In this document: positions 23,875 to 35,904 of the stretch, piece after piece
Numbering within the stretch: the first letter of the stretch is position 1
How the letters are laid out: each line of letters starts with the position of its first letter
Assembly: GCF_001194135.2 (NCBI RefSeq)
Contig: NC_068992.1
Location: 64,629,592-64,666,788, forward strand
Source: Octopus bimaculoides
Lineage: Eukaryota
Direction of reading: 5' to 3'
DNA: 37,197 bases
The notes under the pieces: generated by a model
What the model saw: only the letters and a program-made list of their open reading frames with translations
Told to the model about the DNA's origin: nothing
The model's database searches: none
Position numbers and translations under genes: made by a program

Positions 23875-24190
23875 CAGGGTCCATATAAGATTTTTGGGGG
23901 TTCATACATCAAAAAAGTAAGTTGGAGATCCACAATACTATTTTAAGGACATCTGAAAAAATTTTGCTTTAGATTTGTGCGTTGGTATGTATTGCAAGGA
24001 ACAGCTAAGACTCTTTCTCCAACGTTTTACACAGTTCAACCTACAAAAGTTAATGTGTGAGAAAACATAAAGGGAATTTTGGAAGAAGTTTCTATAAAAC
24101 TAGTTTTTAAACAATGAATGATGATGGGGGTCCATCAGAATAAAATAGCAATCAAAGGAGTCCATAGATAAAAAACGGTTGAGAACCCCT
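23875..24190. mobile_element. hAT (Charlie-like) non-autonomous element, one clear end
   Basis: Ends aaaaacggttgagaacccctg (CAGGGGTTCTCAACC-type terminus); the left end is degenerate. Confidence 0.45.
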
Positions 24191-24225
24191 GAGATATATA
24201 TATATACATACATACTGTATATAAA

Positions 24226-24435
24226 GGCGAGCTGACAGAATCGTTAGCATGGCGGGCAAAATGCTTGACGGTATTTCGTCTGCCACTACGTCCTGAGTTC
24301 AAATTCTGCCAAGGTCAACTTAGCCTTTCATCCTTTCGGGATCAATTAAATAAGTACCAGTTACGCACTGCAGTCGATGTAATCGATTAGCCCCCTTCCC
24401 CAAAAATTTTCAAGGCCTTGTGCCTAGAGTAGAAA
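24226..24435 (+). mobile_element. SINE family B, near full length
   Basis: ggcgagctgacagaatcgttagc...ctgagttcaaattctgcc (A/B-box-like) ... ggccttgtgcctagagtagaaaataata. Confidence 0.8.
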
Positions 24436-24457
24436 TAATACATACATGCATATATAT

Positions 24458-24805
24458 CATCATCATCATCATCATCGTTTAACGTCCGCTTTCCATGCTA
24501 GCATGGGTTGGACGATTTGACTGAGGACTGGTGCAACCGGATGGCTACACCAGGCTCCAATCTAATTTGGCAGAGTTTCTACAGCTGGATGCCCTTCCTA
24601 ACGCCAACCACTCAGAGAGTGTAGTGGGTGCTTTTACGTGTCACCCGCACGAAAACGGCCACGCTCGAAATGGTGTCTTTTATGTGCCACCCGCACAAGA
24701 GCCAGTCCAGGGGCACTGGCAACGATCTCGCTCGAAAACCCTACAAGGCCAGTCAGGCGGTACTGGCAACGGTCACGCTCAGGATGGTACATCTTATGTG
24801 CCACA
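24458..24805 (+). mobile_element. RTE-tail-related short element
   Basis: (cat)n cgtttaacgtccgctttccatgc...tttctacagctggatgcccttcctaacgccaacc..., TA repeats on both flanks. Confidence 0.75.
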
Positions 24806-24910
24806 TATATATATATAGTTCAAGAATAAAGAAAATGCAGAGACAAGGAGAAAGGACAATAAAGAAGGTGCATTAGGTTGATACTGAGGAAAAATGGAAA
24901 AAGCTTTTAA

Positions 24911-25131
24911 CCCTTTAGCATTTAAACTCAGCATATCCGACCCAAATATTCTACCTGTTTTATGATCAAGCTGTCTAGATCCAGCCTCTTACATTTACCC
25001 AATGAAGTCACTCTAAAAATATACAGACACACCATTGAAATCTAGAGGCTACAAAGTAATGCAAGGATTAATACAAAACAATGTGAATAAATAAGCATTA
25101 GATTTGACAGAAACATCTGAATGCTAAAGGG
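24911..25131. mobile_element. piggyBac-type MITE
   Basis: TTAA|CCCTTTAGCATT ... AATGCTAAAGGG|TTAA: perfect 12-bp TIR with TTAA target duplication. Confidence 0.9.
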
Positions 25132-25194
25132 TTAATGTTTTGAGCTTATGCTCTTACTAGAGAAAGGCTAGATGAGGAGAAATAAAAGATGGAG

Positions 25195-25345
25195 AGACTT
25201 ATTTCAGTTTGTCTACCAAATCCACTCACAATGCTTTGATTGACTTGGGGCTGTCATAGCAGGCACTTGCCCAAGGTGCCATGCAGTGGGATTAAACCAG
25301 AAACTACATGGTTGGGAAGTGAACATCTTAACCACACAGCCATGA
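25195..25345 (-). mobile_element. SINE family A, 5' half
   Basis: tcagtttgtctaccaaatccactcac...cacttgcccaaggtgccatgcagtggg. Confidence 0.7.
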
Positions 25346-25802
25346 CTAAATACATATATCATCATCATCATCATCATCAGTTTATACCAGCTTTCCTTAG
25401 TTGTTTGGGTTGGATGGGCGTCACAGTGTAGCTCAGTTCTTTTTCTGAAATACTGAAGGACCACAGAACAATTGTATTTTCCAGTTTCAGCACAGTTTCC
25501 ACAACAAAACACCCTTCTTCCTAACACCAACCACTTTACAGAGTGTATTTTATCAACACCAGAAAGGTACAAGGCCAGAAATTTACAAGGAAAGGTTAGC
25601 CAACTAAATATAAACCAGTACAATATTTCATCGACCCCAGAAGGTTAAAAGACAAAGCTGATCTCAACAGGATTTGAACTCTGAATGTAAAACACCAGAG
25701 TAAATACTAAAAGGTATTTGACCCAAGAATCTTGAAGAAAATGAAAATAAATGGTAAAAAAAAAAGTGGGGTGAAAACAAAAAAAAAAAACACTGCATTT
25801 AC

Positions 25803-25878
25803 CTCGTAACCGTTTCCTTTGAATGTCACATCCTTAAAGAGTTTTGGTAATAGTGCAATTCCTCTTTCACCACTCAGT
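25803..25878 (-). CDS. TIPIN: TIPIN coding exon 3
   Basis: (R)LSGERGIALLPKLFKDVTFKGNGYE between ttgaag and gtaaat; Swi3 motif L..ERG......F....FKGKG.E. Confidence 0.95.
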
Positions 25879-27362
25879 CTTCAAAAGTAAGAAGTTTAAC
25901 CTGGTTTTAGAATGTTCTAGTTTACATGATTGATGTTGTTGTTGTTTATTAAAACCCAAATCTGCAGAGACTCTAGATGTTTTAACATCAAGTTACTCAT
26001 AAATGAACAGACCTATAACCAAAGACAACCAATTCATGACCATCCCACCTTTTTAGTGGTATGTTGCCATGAAGGAATACATTATTTAGCATGGCCTTCC
26101 ATTTTTGAAATGGCAGAGTGACTTCAAAGATATTTGGCTATTTATAGCTGATTGAGTGACCACACAAAGGTTCCTTCTTTAGTTTTTCTTTTTTTCTAAT
26201 TGTCTAGGTCAATGACATCATATATTGTTGTTTTGACAGCATCATATATTTGACAGTATCACTTTTTGTGAAGTTACTAACTCAACACAGATTAATGAAT
26301 GGATGGATGGATGGATAAACAGAGAGACAGATAGATAGATTGATAAGTCGGTAGACTGACAGATTGATAGAGAGTTAGACAGATTGACAAGTAGACATAC
26401 ATAATGTAGACTCACTTAAACTGAAGGGAAAAAAAAACCAAAAGATTCTTCACAGTTACAAGTGGAACACCTTTAATAACAGGTCAGCAGGATCAGGGCT
26501 GACCTGGGGGCTAAGCAACAACTTCCTGTAGATCAGTGTTTCTCTAACTGGGTGGTATCATCCCCTGGAGGAGGGGGAGGGGAAATTTTACATGGATAGT
26601 AGGCACAAAAGAAGTGGTACGATGGTAGGGAGAAGGGACAAAAAATGTATCTGTACAGTATATAAGTCCTTGTCTCCTATTAAATTATAATCTTAAAAAA
26701 AAAAAATTTAATGTAATATTAAAATAAACCCACCTGCCAGCCACAATCACAACAACAACAACAACATCAATAATAATAGTGACAGACTTCAGAATGAGAA
26801 TAAGTTAATAAACAAAACCAAATATATACCATCTCTGCTTATAAAATCTGATTATAGTAGAGTGATGCTGTGGACAGTGGACACCAGTGTCAAAGAAGTT
26901 CTCAGAACTCAATTATTCCGGCCTAATACATGTACATACATTAAAAATAAGAGTGTGTGAGGAAGGACACTGAATCATAGCAAAAGGTTGTTGAAAAAGT
27001 GTTAGAGTTTAAAAAAAGTTAAAATACTGGGGTCGATTTGTCTAACCCTAACCCTAACCCTTCAAAACACTGCTCCAGTATTTCTACAATCTCTTGACTG
27101 AAACAAATAAAAATCAAGAGATATGTAAATGTATGATAAGGCTTTCAATGATGTGTCTGCTTTGAGTATGATACACAGACTGATATTTTGAACTAATATT
27201 GCTACTACTGCTTATAATGGATTTTAAAAAACTGAGAGTTTCAGAAGCACTCATGTAAATCATTTATTGAAACACCCACAAAATAAACAAATAAAATATT
27301 CCATTAATCTTTTACCATAATTAACATTTTTGAAAAGTTGCAAAAAAACCGTTTAAACTCAC

Positions 27363-27456
27363 CGAACATCATTCAGTTTAGGCCGAGGATTTCGAACAAC
27401 TTTCTTAGAAGCACCTTTTGCAAGTTTCTTGTTGATGTTAGCATCAAAAGTATTTT
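27363..27456 (-). CDS. TIPIN: TIPIN coding exon 2
   Basis: tttttag acceptor, (E)NTFDANINKKLAKGASKKVVRNPRPKLNDV(R), CG|gtgagt donor; matches the KR.V.RN.PKL start of the Swi3 domain. Confidence 0.92.
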
Positions 27457-27685
27457 CTAAAAATGGATATAAAACAAACCAATAACATTTTCTTTTTTTA
27501 ATAAGAGGTTGAATTGGATGCTAGAATTGCAGGAGCTGGCACAGTCGAGTGCAAGCACCAATATGCAATCCTCAGAAGACAAGAGGTTGGTGAAAAAAAT
27601 GCCAAACTTGCAATCTTCAGTTTAATTTTCGTGTCTGTCCTCATCTACAGCCAGGAATGTTGGAGAATGATCAACAGAGAATCTT

Positions 27686-27904
27686 TAACTCCTTTATTTG
27701 TTTCGGTTATTTGACTGCAGCCATGCTGGGGCACTGCCTTGAAGGGCTTTAACTAAACAAATCGACCCCAGGACTTATTCTTTTTTAAGCCTAGTACTTA
27801 TTCTATCGGTCTCTTTTTGCCAAATTGCTATGTTATGAGGACATAAACACACCTACACCAGTTGTCAAGCAGTGGGAGAACACAGGTACAAAGACACGTG
27901 TGTG

Positions 27905-27940
<36 letters not shown>

Positions 27941-28097
27941 TACACACACGATGGGCTCCTCTCAGTTTCCATCTACCAAATCCACTCATAAGTCTTTGGT
28001 CAGCCTGAGGCTATAGTAGAAGACACTTGCCCAAGGTGCCAAACAGTGGAACTGAACCCAGAACCAAGTGGTTGGGAAGCAAGCTTCTTACCACATA
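27686..28097 (-). mobile_element. SINE family A, near full length
   Basis: Reverse complement of 9403-9815 with an internal (TA)/(TG) microsatellite. Confidence 0.8.
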
Positions 28098-28599
28098 GAT
28101 CATGAATACAAGAGTCCAAAATGGATTCCTCCAAAGAATCTCTGGAGTAACATTATTCGACAGGGTGTGTAGCTCAGAGATCAGGAAGTCTCTTCAGGTT
28201 GAATTGCTGCTTCACTGAACTGAGAAGTCACAGCTCCAGTACCACAGACAAGAGATTAGAATGTTACAGGGAAGAATTGCAAGACAGATTCTTCAAGCTG
28301 ATCCAACCAGTAAGAGACCTAGGGATTGACTAAGTACAAAATGGCAAGATAATATCTATAATCTTGGTTGGTTACACTTGGAAATCCAGCTGGAAAATAA
28401 CATGGCAGCTGCATCTGATAGGACCCAATGGAGTGGGCACCCCAAAGACCCTTCCAGGAATAGTGAGTGGAGAAAATGGCTGGATGGGTTTATGTTTTCA
28501 TGTTGTTGCAGAGTTCTTGGTTTTTATTCTTCGCAATATCAACCTACATAAGAACACTTCTGATTCCACAATACCAACTTTAGTATTATAGATCCAAAG

Positions 28600-29420
28600 A
28601 CTACCCTCATGTCTGTGGCATCTGAGACCATTTGTGTTTCTATTATACCAACCTGTCTGTGATTGCCTCTGCTTGAGTGACATTGTCCAGCCTAAAAGCA
28701 GATGCAAACCCACCTGTGACAACCACTGGTTTTATATTACCCATCTTAGACCACATCTGGATTTGTGATAATAAACTGAGAGACCACCTATAGTTCTTTA
28801 ATATCATCTTGAGACTTTGGTTCTATGATGCCAAAGTAGAACCATTGGTTCTGTTGTACCAACCCTTCTGTGACCACCTCTGGTTCTATAACCAATTTGC
28901 TTGAGACCAAATATCAAGCTACATAGGACAGCTTTCAGTTTTGATACCAACCCACTTGAGACAACTTCTAGTTTAATGACTAACTTGCCTGAAATCAGAT
29001 ACCAATCCACATTGGACAGTCTCTGGTTCTGAAACCAACCTATCTGAAATTATATACAGTTCTGATACTAACCTACCTCTGAGACCACCTGTGTCTTTAA
29101 TTAACTCTGGGTGTTTGACATTAACCTACTTGACCAGGTACCAACCCACTTGTGACAACCTCTGGTCCTAGAATACCAAACTCAGACCACATCTAGATCA
29201 ATGATAATCAACTGAGACTTTCTTTAGTTCTATAAAACCAGTTTTGGTTTCATGACACTGTTTACAGCACTGGTTGTGAGAAGCCAATCTTTTTTGTGAC
29301 CACCTCTGGTACTATAACACTTATCTACCTGAAATCAGATACGAACTCATGTTAAGAAAGCCTTTACCTCTGATTCCAATCCGAGACAACCTCTGGTCCT
29401 ATGATATCAACCTACCAGTG
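28600..29420. repeat. degenerate minisatellite, ~30-35-bp units (gagaccacctctggttctgataccaacc)
   Basis: Motifs accacctctggttct and ataccaacc recur more than 10 times with divergence. Confidence 0.65.
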
Positions 29421-30866
29421 TTTCATTAGTTTACAAAATCTCTCCAAATTCTTGATTCTTTTCAAAATTATTTAAAATATTTATAAGAAGAGTATTTCAT
29501 TGGAAACATGACAACAAAAGGCTAATTACATCAACTAATTACATCAGATTATGTTGCTTCATATAAATTAGTTAGCAGTGAAATAACAAGTCCAATTAAA
29601 TTGATTAAGTTGATTACTCCTTCCTACAAAACTTGTGGCCTTGGAACACTCAAAAAATTCATTATTGTTTCATTGTGCTGTTCAGAATAAGAACTAATAA
29701 CATACTGGGGATCAGATTAAATTATTATCATCATCATCATCTGGTTGGCTGACTTACCAAGATCTGTGCAACACCTCCATGTTACAAGATGTCCCAATTG
29801 AGCAATGAAGCATGAATATCTGAACTAGGTTTTAGCAACATTGTTCTTTCATTAGCTGAAATAATACATCTGTGCACTCTACAACCACAGATGACAGCAG
29901 TGGTTTGCTAACTGAACTGGTTGATCCTGGCTGTTGACAATTTCTTGTCTGTTCATCTGCTCAGCATCTCTGGATGTTCGCCATTGATTCAATAAGATTC
30001 ATTTGATGAAATAGTTCACATCCACAAAGCAGCATCTCATGATTTCAATGCGCTCTGGCTCAGGTAGTTATATGTCAGTTACCCCATAGCTGACACCCTG
30101 ACAGAGTAGACCAGGGAACAACAGAAGTTAAGAGGTAGTTCCACACCCCTCAAAACCCTACAAGTTCCAAACCAGGGATGCAATTTAAGACCGTACCCAA
30201 GACAAATTGTTTATACAGTTCCACAGAATTTATGGTCTTGGGACATTCTTACGAATTGCTAATACATCAGGTTGTGTTGCTCGATAGAATTAAGTATCAA
30301 TCAAATATTAGGAGTTAATTAAATCAATTACATATTCCCATAAAATTTACGGTTTTGAGACACCTTTAGAAACTGCTATTACATCAAACGTTATTGTTTT
30401 AAATTCTTAATCTGGAATTCAGCAATGGAATAAAATAGTTTTACATTTCTTCTTAGATGATGAAATAAATATACCAGAAATATATATTGTTATGTTATAT
30501 TCGAAAGAAACCAACAAAACAGCTGTCAGTGATTTAAGCGGTTGAGTAAGGGAAGTAACTCTGCCAACCCTACCCTCAATAAGCTGAAAAACCAGTACCA
30601 AAACCGGTCAATGAAATGAGCCTCTGTGATAACTGGTTCTGCTAAGAAAAAACAACTAAATCTTCCTCAAATGATAGCCTGTCTTTAAAAACTCGGATAC
30701 AATAGAAAATGTAGTATGCTCGGAGAAGAAAATTGAATGGGTCACAGTCAGAATATCTCTGATCATTGGTCTGCTTGATCAGGGATGAAGATGCAAACTG
30801 ACCAGAGAACAATGGTTGGCAATAATGACAGCAAATATGTTGACACTCACAAATATGTGTATGTGC

Positions 30867-30905
<39 letters not shown>

Positions 30906-30994
30906 CCAAGTGGGTGGGTCAGTGGGTATACATCGGCATGGTGATGCATACAGGAAAAATATGAGTGTGTATATTTTTATTAAGATACATATAT

Positions 30995-32067
30995 CATCAT
31001 CATCATCATCATCATCATCGTTTAACGTNNNNNNNNNNNNNNNNNNNNNNNNNNNNNNNNNNNNNNNNNNNNNNNNNNNNNNNNNNNNNNNNNNNNNNNN
31101 NNNNNNNNNNNNNNNNNNNNNNNNNNNNNNNNNNNNNNNNNNNNNNNNNNNNNNNNNNNNNNNNNNNNNNNNNNNNNNNNNNNNNNNNNNNNNNNNNNNN
31201 NNNNNNNNNNNNNNNNNNNNNNNNNNNNNNNNNNNNNNNNNNNNNNNNNNNNNNNNNNNNNNNNNNNNNNNNNNNNNNNNNNNNNNNNNNNNNNNNNNNN
31301 NNNNNNNNNNNNNNNNNNNNNNNNNNNNNNNNNNNNNNNNNNNNNNNNNNNNNNNNNNNNNNNNNNNNNNNNNNNNNNNNNNNNNNNNNNNNNNNNNNNN
31401 NNNNNNNNNNNNNNNNNNNNNNNNNNNNNNNNNNNNNNNNNNNNNNNNNNNNNNNNNNNNNNNNNNNNNNNNNNNNNNNNNNNNNNNNNNNNNNNNNNNN
31501 NNNNNNNNNNNNNNNNNNNNNNNNNNNNNNNNNNNNNNNNNNNNNNNNNNNNNNNNNNNNNNNNNNNNNNNNNNNNNNNNNNNNNNNNNNNNNNNNNNNN
31601 NNNNNNNNNNNNNNNNNNNNNNNNNNNNNNNNNNNNNNNNNNNNNNNNNNNNNNNNNNNNNNNNNNNNNNNNNNNAGGCCCAATGTACGAAGGTCTTGCC
31701 TCACCACCTCAGCCCAGGTCTTCCTGGGCCTACCTCTTCCACGGGTTCCCTCAACTGTTAGGGTGTGGCACTTTTTCACGCAGCTATCCTCATCCATTCT
31801 CACCACATGTCCATACCAGCGCAATCGTCTCTCTTGCACACCACAACTGATGCTTCTAATGTTCAGCTTTTCTCTCAAGATACTTACACTCTGACGGGTA
31901 TTCACATTGACATTACACATCCAACGGAGCATACTGGCTTCATTCCTTGCGAGCTTACGTATGTCCTCAGCAGTTACAGCCCATGTTTCACTGCCATGTA
32001 GCATGGCTGTTCGTACGCATGCGTCATACAGTCTGCCTTTTACTCTGAGTGAGAGTCCCTTTGTCGC
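30995..32067 (-). mobile_element. 5'-truncated RTE-clade LINE (spans gap 31029-31675)
   Basis: Open frame ATKGLSLRVKGRLYDACVRTAMLHGSETW...RRLRWYGHVVRM...RGRGRPRKTWAEVVRQDL, the RTE ORF C-terminus; 3' tail acgttaaacgatgatgatg on the far side of the gap. Confidence 0.9.
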
Positions 32068-32876
32068 CATATATATGTATGTATATATGTATATATAAAG
32101 GAGACCACTAGGTGGACTGTTAATGTGCTAGAAGAAGATCACATGTAATGTGTAATTACATGTGATCTTCTTGGACTGCCTCTAATGCAGCTTTGATGGT
32201 CGCCCATAAGACATCTTTTGATGTAAATTGGCATCCATCAGCATAAGCATCTTGTTTAATGATAGACCAAAGATTTTTGATAGGGTTGAGATCTGGATAT
32301 GCTAGCGGCAACACCATCAACCTTTCACTTGTATGCTGTAAGACCCTAGGAATGAATGGGGTGATCCTAACAGAGTGGGAGAGAGTGTTGTCATGCATGA
32401 ATACGAGATTCCTTAGAAGTAACAGCAGTATGTCATCNNNNNNNNNNTACAGTCTGCCTTTTACTCTGAGTGAGAGTCCCTTTGTCGCCATATATATGTA
32501 TGTATATATGTATATATAAAGGAGACCACTAGGTGGACTGTTAATGTGCTAGAAGAAGATCACATGTAATGTGTAATTACATGTGATCTTCTTGGACTGC
32601 CTCTAATGCAGCTTTGATGGTCGCCCATAAGACATCTTTTGATGTNNNNNNNNNNNNNNNNNNNNNNNNNNNNNNNNNNNNNNNNNNNNNNNNNNNNNNN
32701 NNNNNNNNNNNNNNNNNNNNNNNNNNNNNNNNNNNNNNNNNNAGCGGCAACACCATCAACCTTTCACTTGTATGCTGTAAGACCCTAGGAATGAATGGGG
32801 TGATCCTAACAGAGTGGGAGAGAGTGTTGTCATGCATGAATACGAGATTCCTTAGAAGTAACAGCAGTATGTCATC
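32027..32876. repeat. identical tandem duplication (32027-32437 = 32448-32876) across a 10-N gap, probable assembly artefact
   Basis: Visible bases are identical; the junction is a 10-N spacer. Confidence 0.8.
32173..32437 (-). mobile_element. Tc1-like transposase fragment
   Basis: FMHDNTLSH...YPDLNPIKNLWSIIKQDAY resembles Tc1 DDE motifs QQDNAP.H and SPDLNPIENLW; duplicated at about 32594-32890. Confidence 0.8.
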
Positions 32877-33206
32877 TAGCCAGAGATCCAGGAGATTGCA
32901 GTATATTTTGACGGGGCTGGAACTGCCCCTAGGGGCCAATTCCTCCCTTCGGAAAATACACAAATGAAGCTTGGGTGCTTCGCACAGATTACATAAAAAA
33001 ATTTTAAACAAATGTGGGCAATAAAAGGTCAAATAAAGGTTTACCTCTGCAGCCGATGTGACAGCACGTCCGTCAGTAGAGATAGATAGATAGATAGATA
33101 TAGATTGTGTATGTATAATGTGTGTGTACATCTATTAGCACGTTCATTGTTTAATGATAATATGAGAACACAAGTATTAAGAATAATTATAAGAATCTCT
33201 AATTAC

Positions 33207-33330
33207 CATCTTCTGCATTAGCAGTCTCTTCCTCCGCATCATTCTGTAAAGCTCCTATGTCCTCATTTTCAGCTCCCTGCTCCTCAGTAGTTCCAAAGAT
33301 ATCATCCATCTCCAAGCCAATCGATTCCAT
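33207..33330 (-). CDS. TIPIN: TIPIN coding exon 1 (start codon)
   Basis: cattgcag acceptor, 16-nt UTR (exon begins 33346), CCAAAATGG context, acidic MESIGLEMDDIFGTTEEQGAENEDIGALQNDAEEETANAED, G|gtaatt donor. Phase 1 fits the 27456 exon. Confidence 0.8.
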
Positions 33331-33736
33331 TTTGGTTCCTCAACAGCTGCAATGGTACACAGACAGAAACACATATCATCATCATCATCATGTAATGCAT
33401 GTATTCCTTGCTGGCATAGATTGGATAGTTTAACTGGCTCCAACAAGCCTGAGGACTATGTTCAACTCTAAAGTCTAATTCATTATAGTTTTTACAGCAG
33501 GGACCCTCACTAATGTTAACCAGTTTACAGAATGTACTGGGTTCTTTTCTGCATGGTACCAGCACTAGTGAGGTCAACTTGTAATTCAGGCTTTATGTAG
33601 TTTCTAAGTTACTTTCAAAAGACCAGTTAAATACAACAATAAATTAAAAGAAAGTTATTTTACTAAAAAGTTTTTACTTCAAAGTTTTTAATTATTTAAA
33701 AAAAACAATTACTTGAAACTTAAGCTGTGTATTTAA

Positions 33737-33931
33737 CAGTGGCGTGTGGTGGTTGTATGCATTGGGTATGCTGCCACACCCAATGCCACAAAACTTCAAG
33801 CAGGGGTATAACAAAAGCTTTCCATTAAGGTTTGTGATTAAATTAATGAATAAGGTTAACATTTATAATGAATTTGTCATTTCCAATGGGTGTCCAGCAC
33901 ATAGCTAGCACACCCGGAATATACACCTCTG
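33737..33931. mobile_element. hAT-like MITE
   Basis: Ends CAGTGGCGTG / TACACCTCTG; flanking 8-mers gtatttaa and gcatttaa (7/8 TSD). Confidence 0.65.
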
Positions 33932-34424
33932 GCATTTAATTAGCAATGTGATATGACTTGAGTATGACTTTAAAAGGTATCTGGTAGTGGAGCCCTGGTT
34001 CTGGAGATCCAGGCTTTTGAGGAGGAACCCCCTCTTGGTCATTATTGTTCACTAGTCTACTCTGACCCAAAATAGTAGCACCTGTTAGGGTCCCAGTAAT
34101 GGGTTAATCAGCATGTTATGGAAGGAATTCCAAGTACAAACCTTCACTGCCTTTTGAGTGCCTTGGGAGAGGAAAAGACCCCACTGTAGTTAACCTCAAC
34201 AGCAAATCAAAGAGGCCCTCTTTGATACCCTTCCAGCAACTCCAGGGTATGTGAAGCTCACCAGCCCGGTAAGACAAGTCACCTAGAAGGCCACTCCAAT
34301 GTAAAACCTATAGCTTACTGGTCACTGCAACCTCTTAAACAACTGAGATCAGATTGCAAGGGTCTGACTCTCAATTTAAAACTACTAAATGCAGAAAGGA
34401 AGAAATTGGTTTACAAACCACTTG

Positions 34425-34746
34425 AGTAAAGATTGTTTGCCAACATAAGATGGCAGTCCCAGTCTAGGACAAATGTTGCTGTAATTTAGCCTCAGGAGAC
34501 ATCGTCTCCAGCTGGCTACACGACATGATCTGTGTCCTTATATCTGTGTATTACGATTTCCATAACATGCTGAATGCACAGATATTGTTTTGAGATGAGT
34601 TGGGGTGATAGATTCCCTTGTTCGAAAATATAAGGATACAGATCGTGTCGTATAGCCAGCGGGAGACGATATCTCCTGGGGCTAAATTACAACAACATTC
34701 ATCCTAAGCCAGGACTGCCATGTTATGTTGGCAAACAATCTTTACT
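34425..34746. mobile_element. foldback MITE with ~119-bp TIRs
   Basis: 34425-34543 (agtaaagattgtttgccaacataagatggcagtcc...tgtgtccttatat) is the near reverse complement of 34628-34746; TSD not resolved. Confidence 0.85.
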
Positions 34747-35200
34747 AAAAAGTACTGTTACTGAATATCTCACGTTTTGACATTTTAAAATAGTAATTTT
34801 CTAAACCACTTGAGGTTTTTAGTGTCTTGGGCGACTCTTCTTAGTAGTCTACAGACACTAAAAAACTACCACTGGTATGGAATGCTTAATCACATTTGAC
34901 ACTTTCAAGATTTATGGTTTCCAAAGAAGGATCCCAAAATCAATTTACCATATCATGTATTATTATTGATACCACTACATGGACAACAGCAGAAATATAT
35001 ACATATCGTAGTTTTACACATATAAATACATTCTTATCGTAGAGTCTCAGGTATTTAATATAAAGTGACCTAAGAAAACTTTGATGATTAACTACGAAAA
35101 TCCATAGAATCATTAGATTAACTGCAGATTGGTGGCTCTCGCTATATTTGACTTTGTTTTCAGAGTTCTGAAAAAGTGTATATCTTTAGATAAAATTTTG

Positions 35201-35387
35201 GGTAATTTTTCAGATTAACACTCGCATGATTACCTAACCCTAACTCTAACATTAACCCTAAACCCTAACCCTGACCTAAAATTGTAACCCTAACACTAAC
35301 CCTAATCCGTAATCCTAACCCTGACCCTAAAACCCTAACACTAACACCCTAGTGAAAATCATGCGGGTGTTAATCTGAAAAATTACC
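35201..35387. mobile_element. Merlin-like MITE containing degenerate (CCCTAA)n
   Basis: 31-bp TIRs beginning GGTAA (30/31 match), perfect 8-bp TSD AAATTTTG at 35193-35200 and 35388-35395; interior is telomere-like repeats. Confidence 0.8.
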
Positions 35388-35569
35388 AAATTTTGCTGGG
35401 AATTATTTCAAAGAAGAAAAAATGAAAAAAAATGAAAAATGTCCCAAGTTAGGAAAACAGTGATAAGAAGTCGGGGCAAAAGGGATGGAGAACGATCCGA
35501 AACCCTCCCCAACGGACTTGGTCATCTTTTTATGATTTTTTTTTTTTTTTTTTGTTTCCGTCATTAAAT

Positions 35570-35890
35570 TGCGACTAGGCCCGGGCACCGCTTCGAGGAA
35601 TTTTAGTCGAATGAATTGACCCCAGGACTTTATCTTTTATTCTATCAGTCACTTTTGCTAGATTGCGGAGACGTAAACACACCAACATCGGTTATCAAGC
35701 GGTAGTGGGAGACAAGAACCGACACGTATACGACGGGCTTTTTTTTCAGATTCTGTCAAGCAAATCTACTAACAAGGCCCTGGTCGGCCCCATGCTACAG
35801 TGGAAGACACTTGTCCAAGTTGCCACTCAGTGGGACTGAACCCGGAACCATGTGGTTGGGAAGCAAGCTTCTTATCACACAACCACGGCA
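35570..35890 (-). mobile_element. SINE family A
   Basis: gaccccaggact...caacatcggttatcaagc...gaagacacttgtccaag...gggactgaacccggaaccatgtggttgggaagcaagc. Confidence 0.75.
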
Positions 35891-35904
35891 GCGCTTGAAT
35901 TCAT

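Noticed and set aside
32105-32116. CCACTAGGTGGA resembling a CTCF core
   Set aside because: Single short match at a TE junction with no supporting evidence.
35232-35350. True telomere or chromosome-fusion site
   Set aside because: The array is short, degenerate and enclosed by TIRs with a TSD inside a gene.
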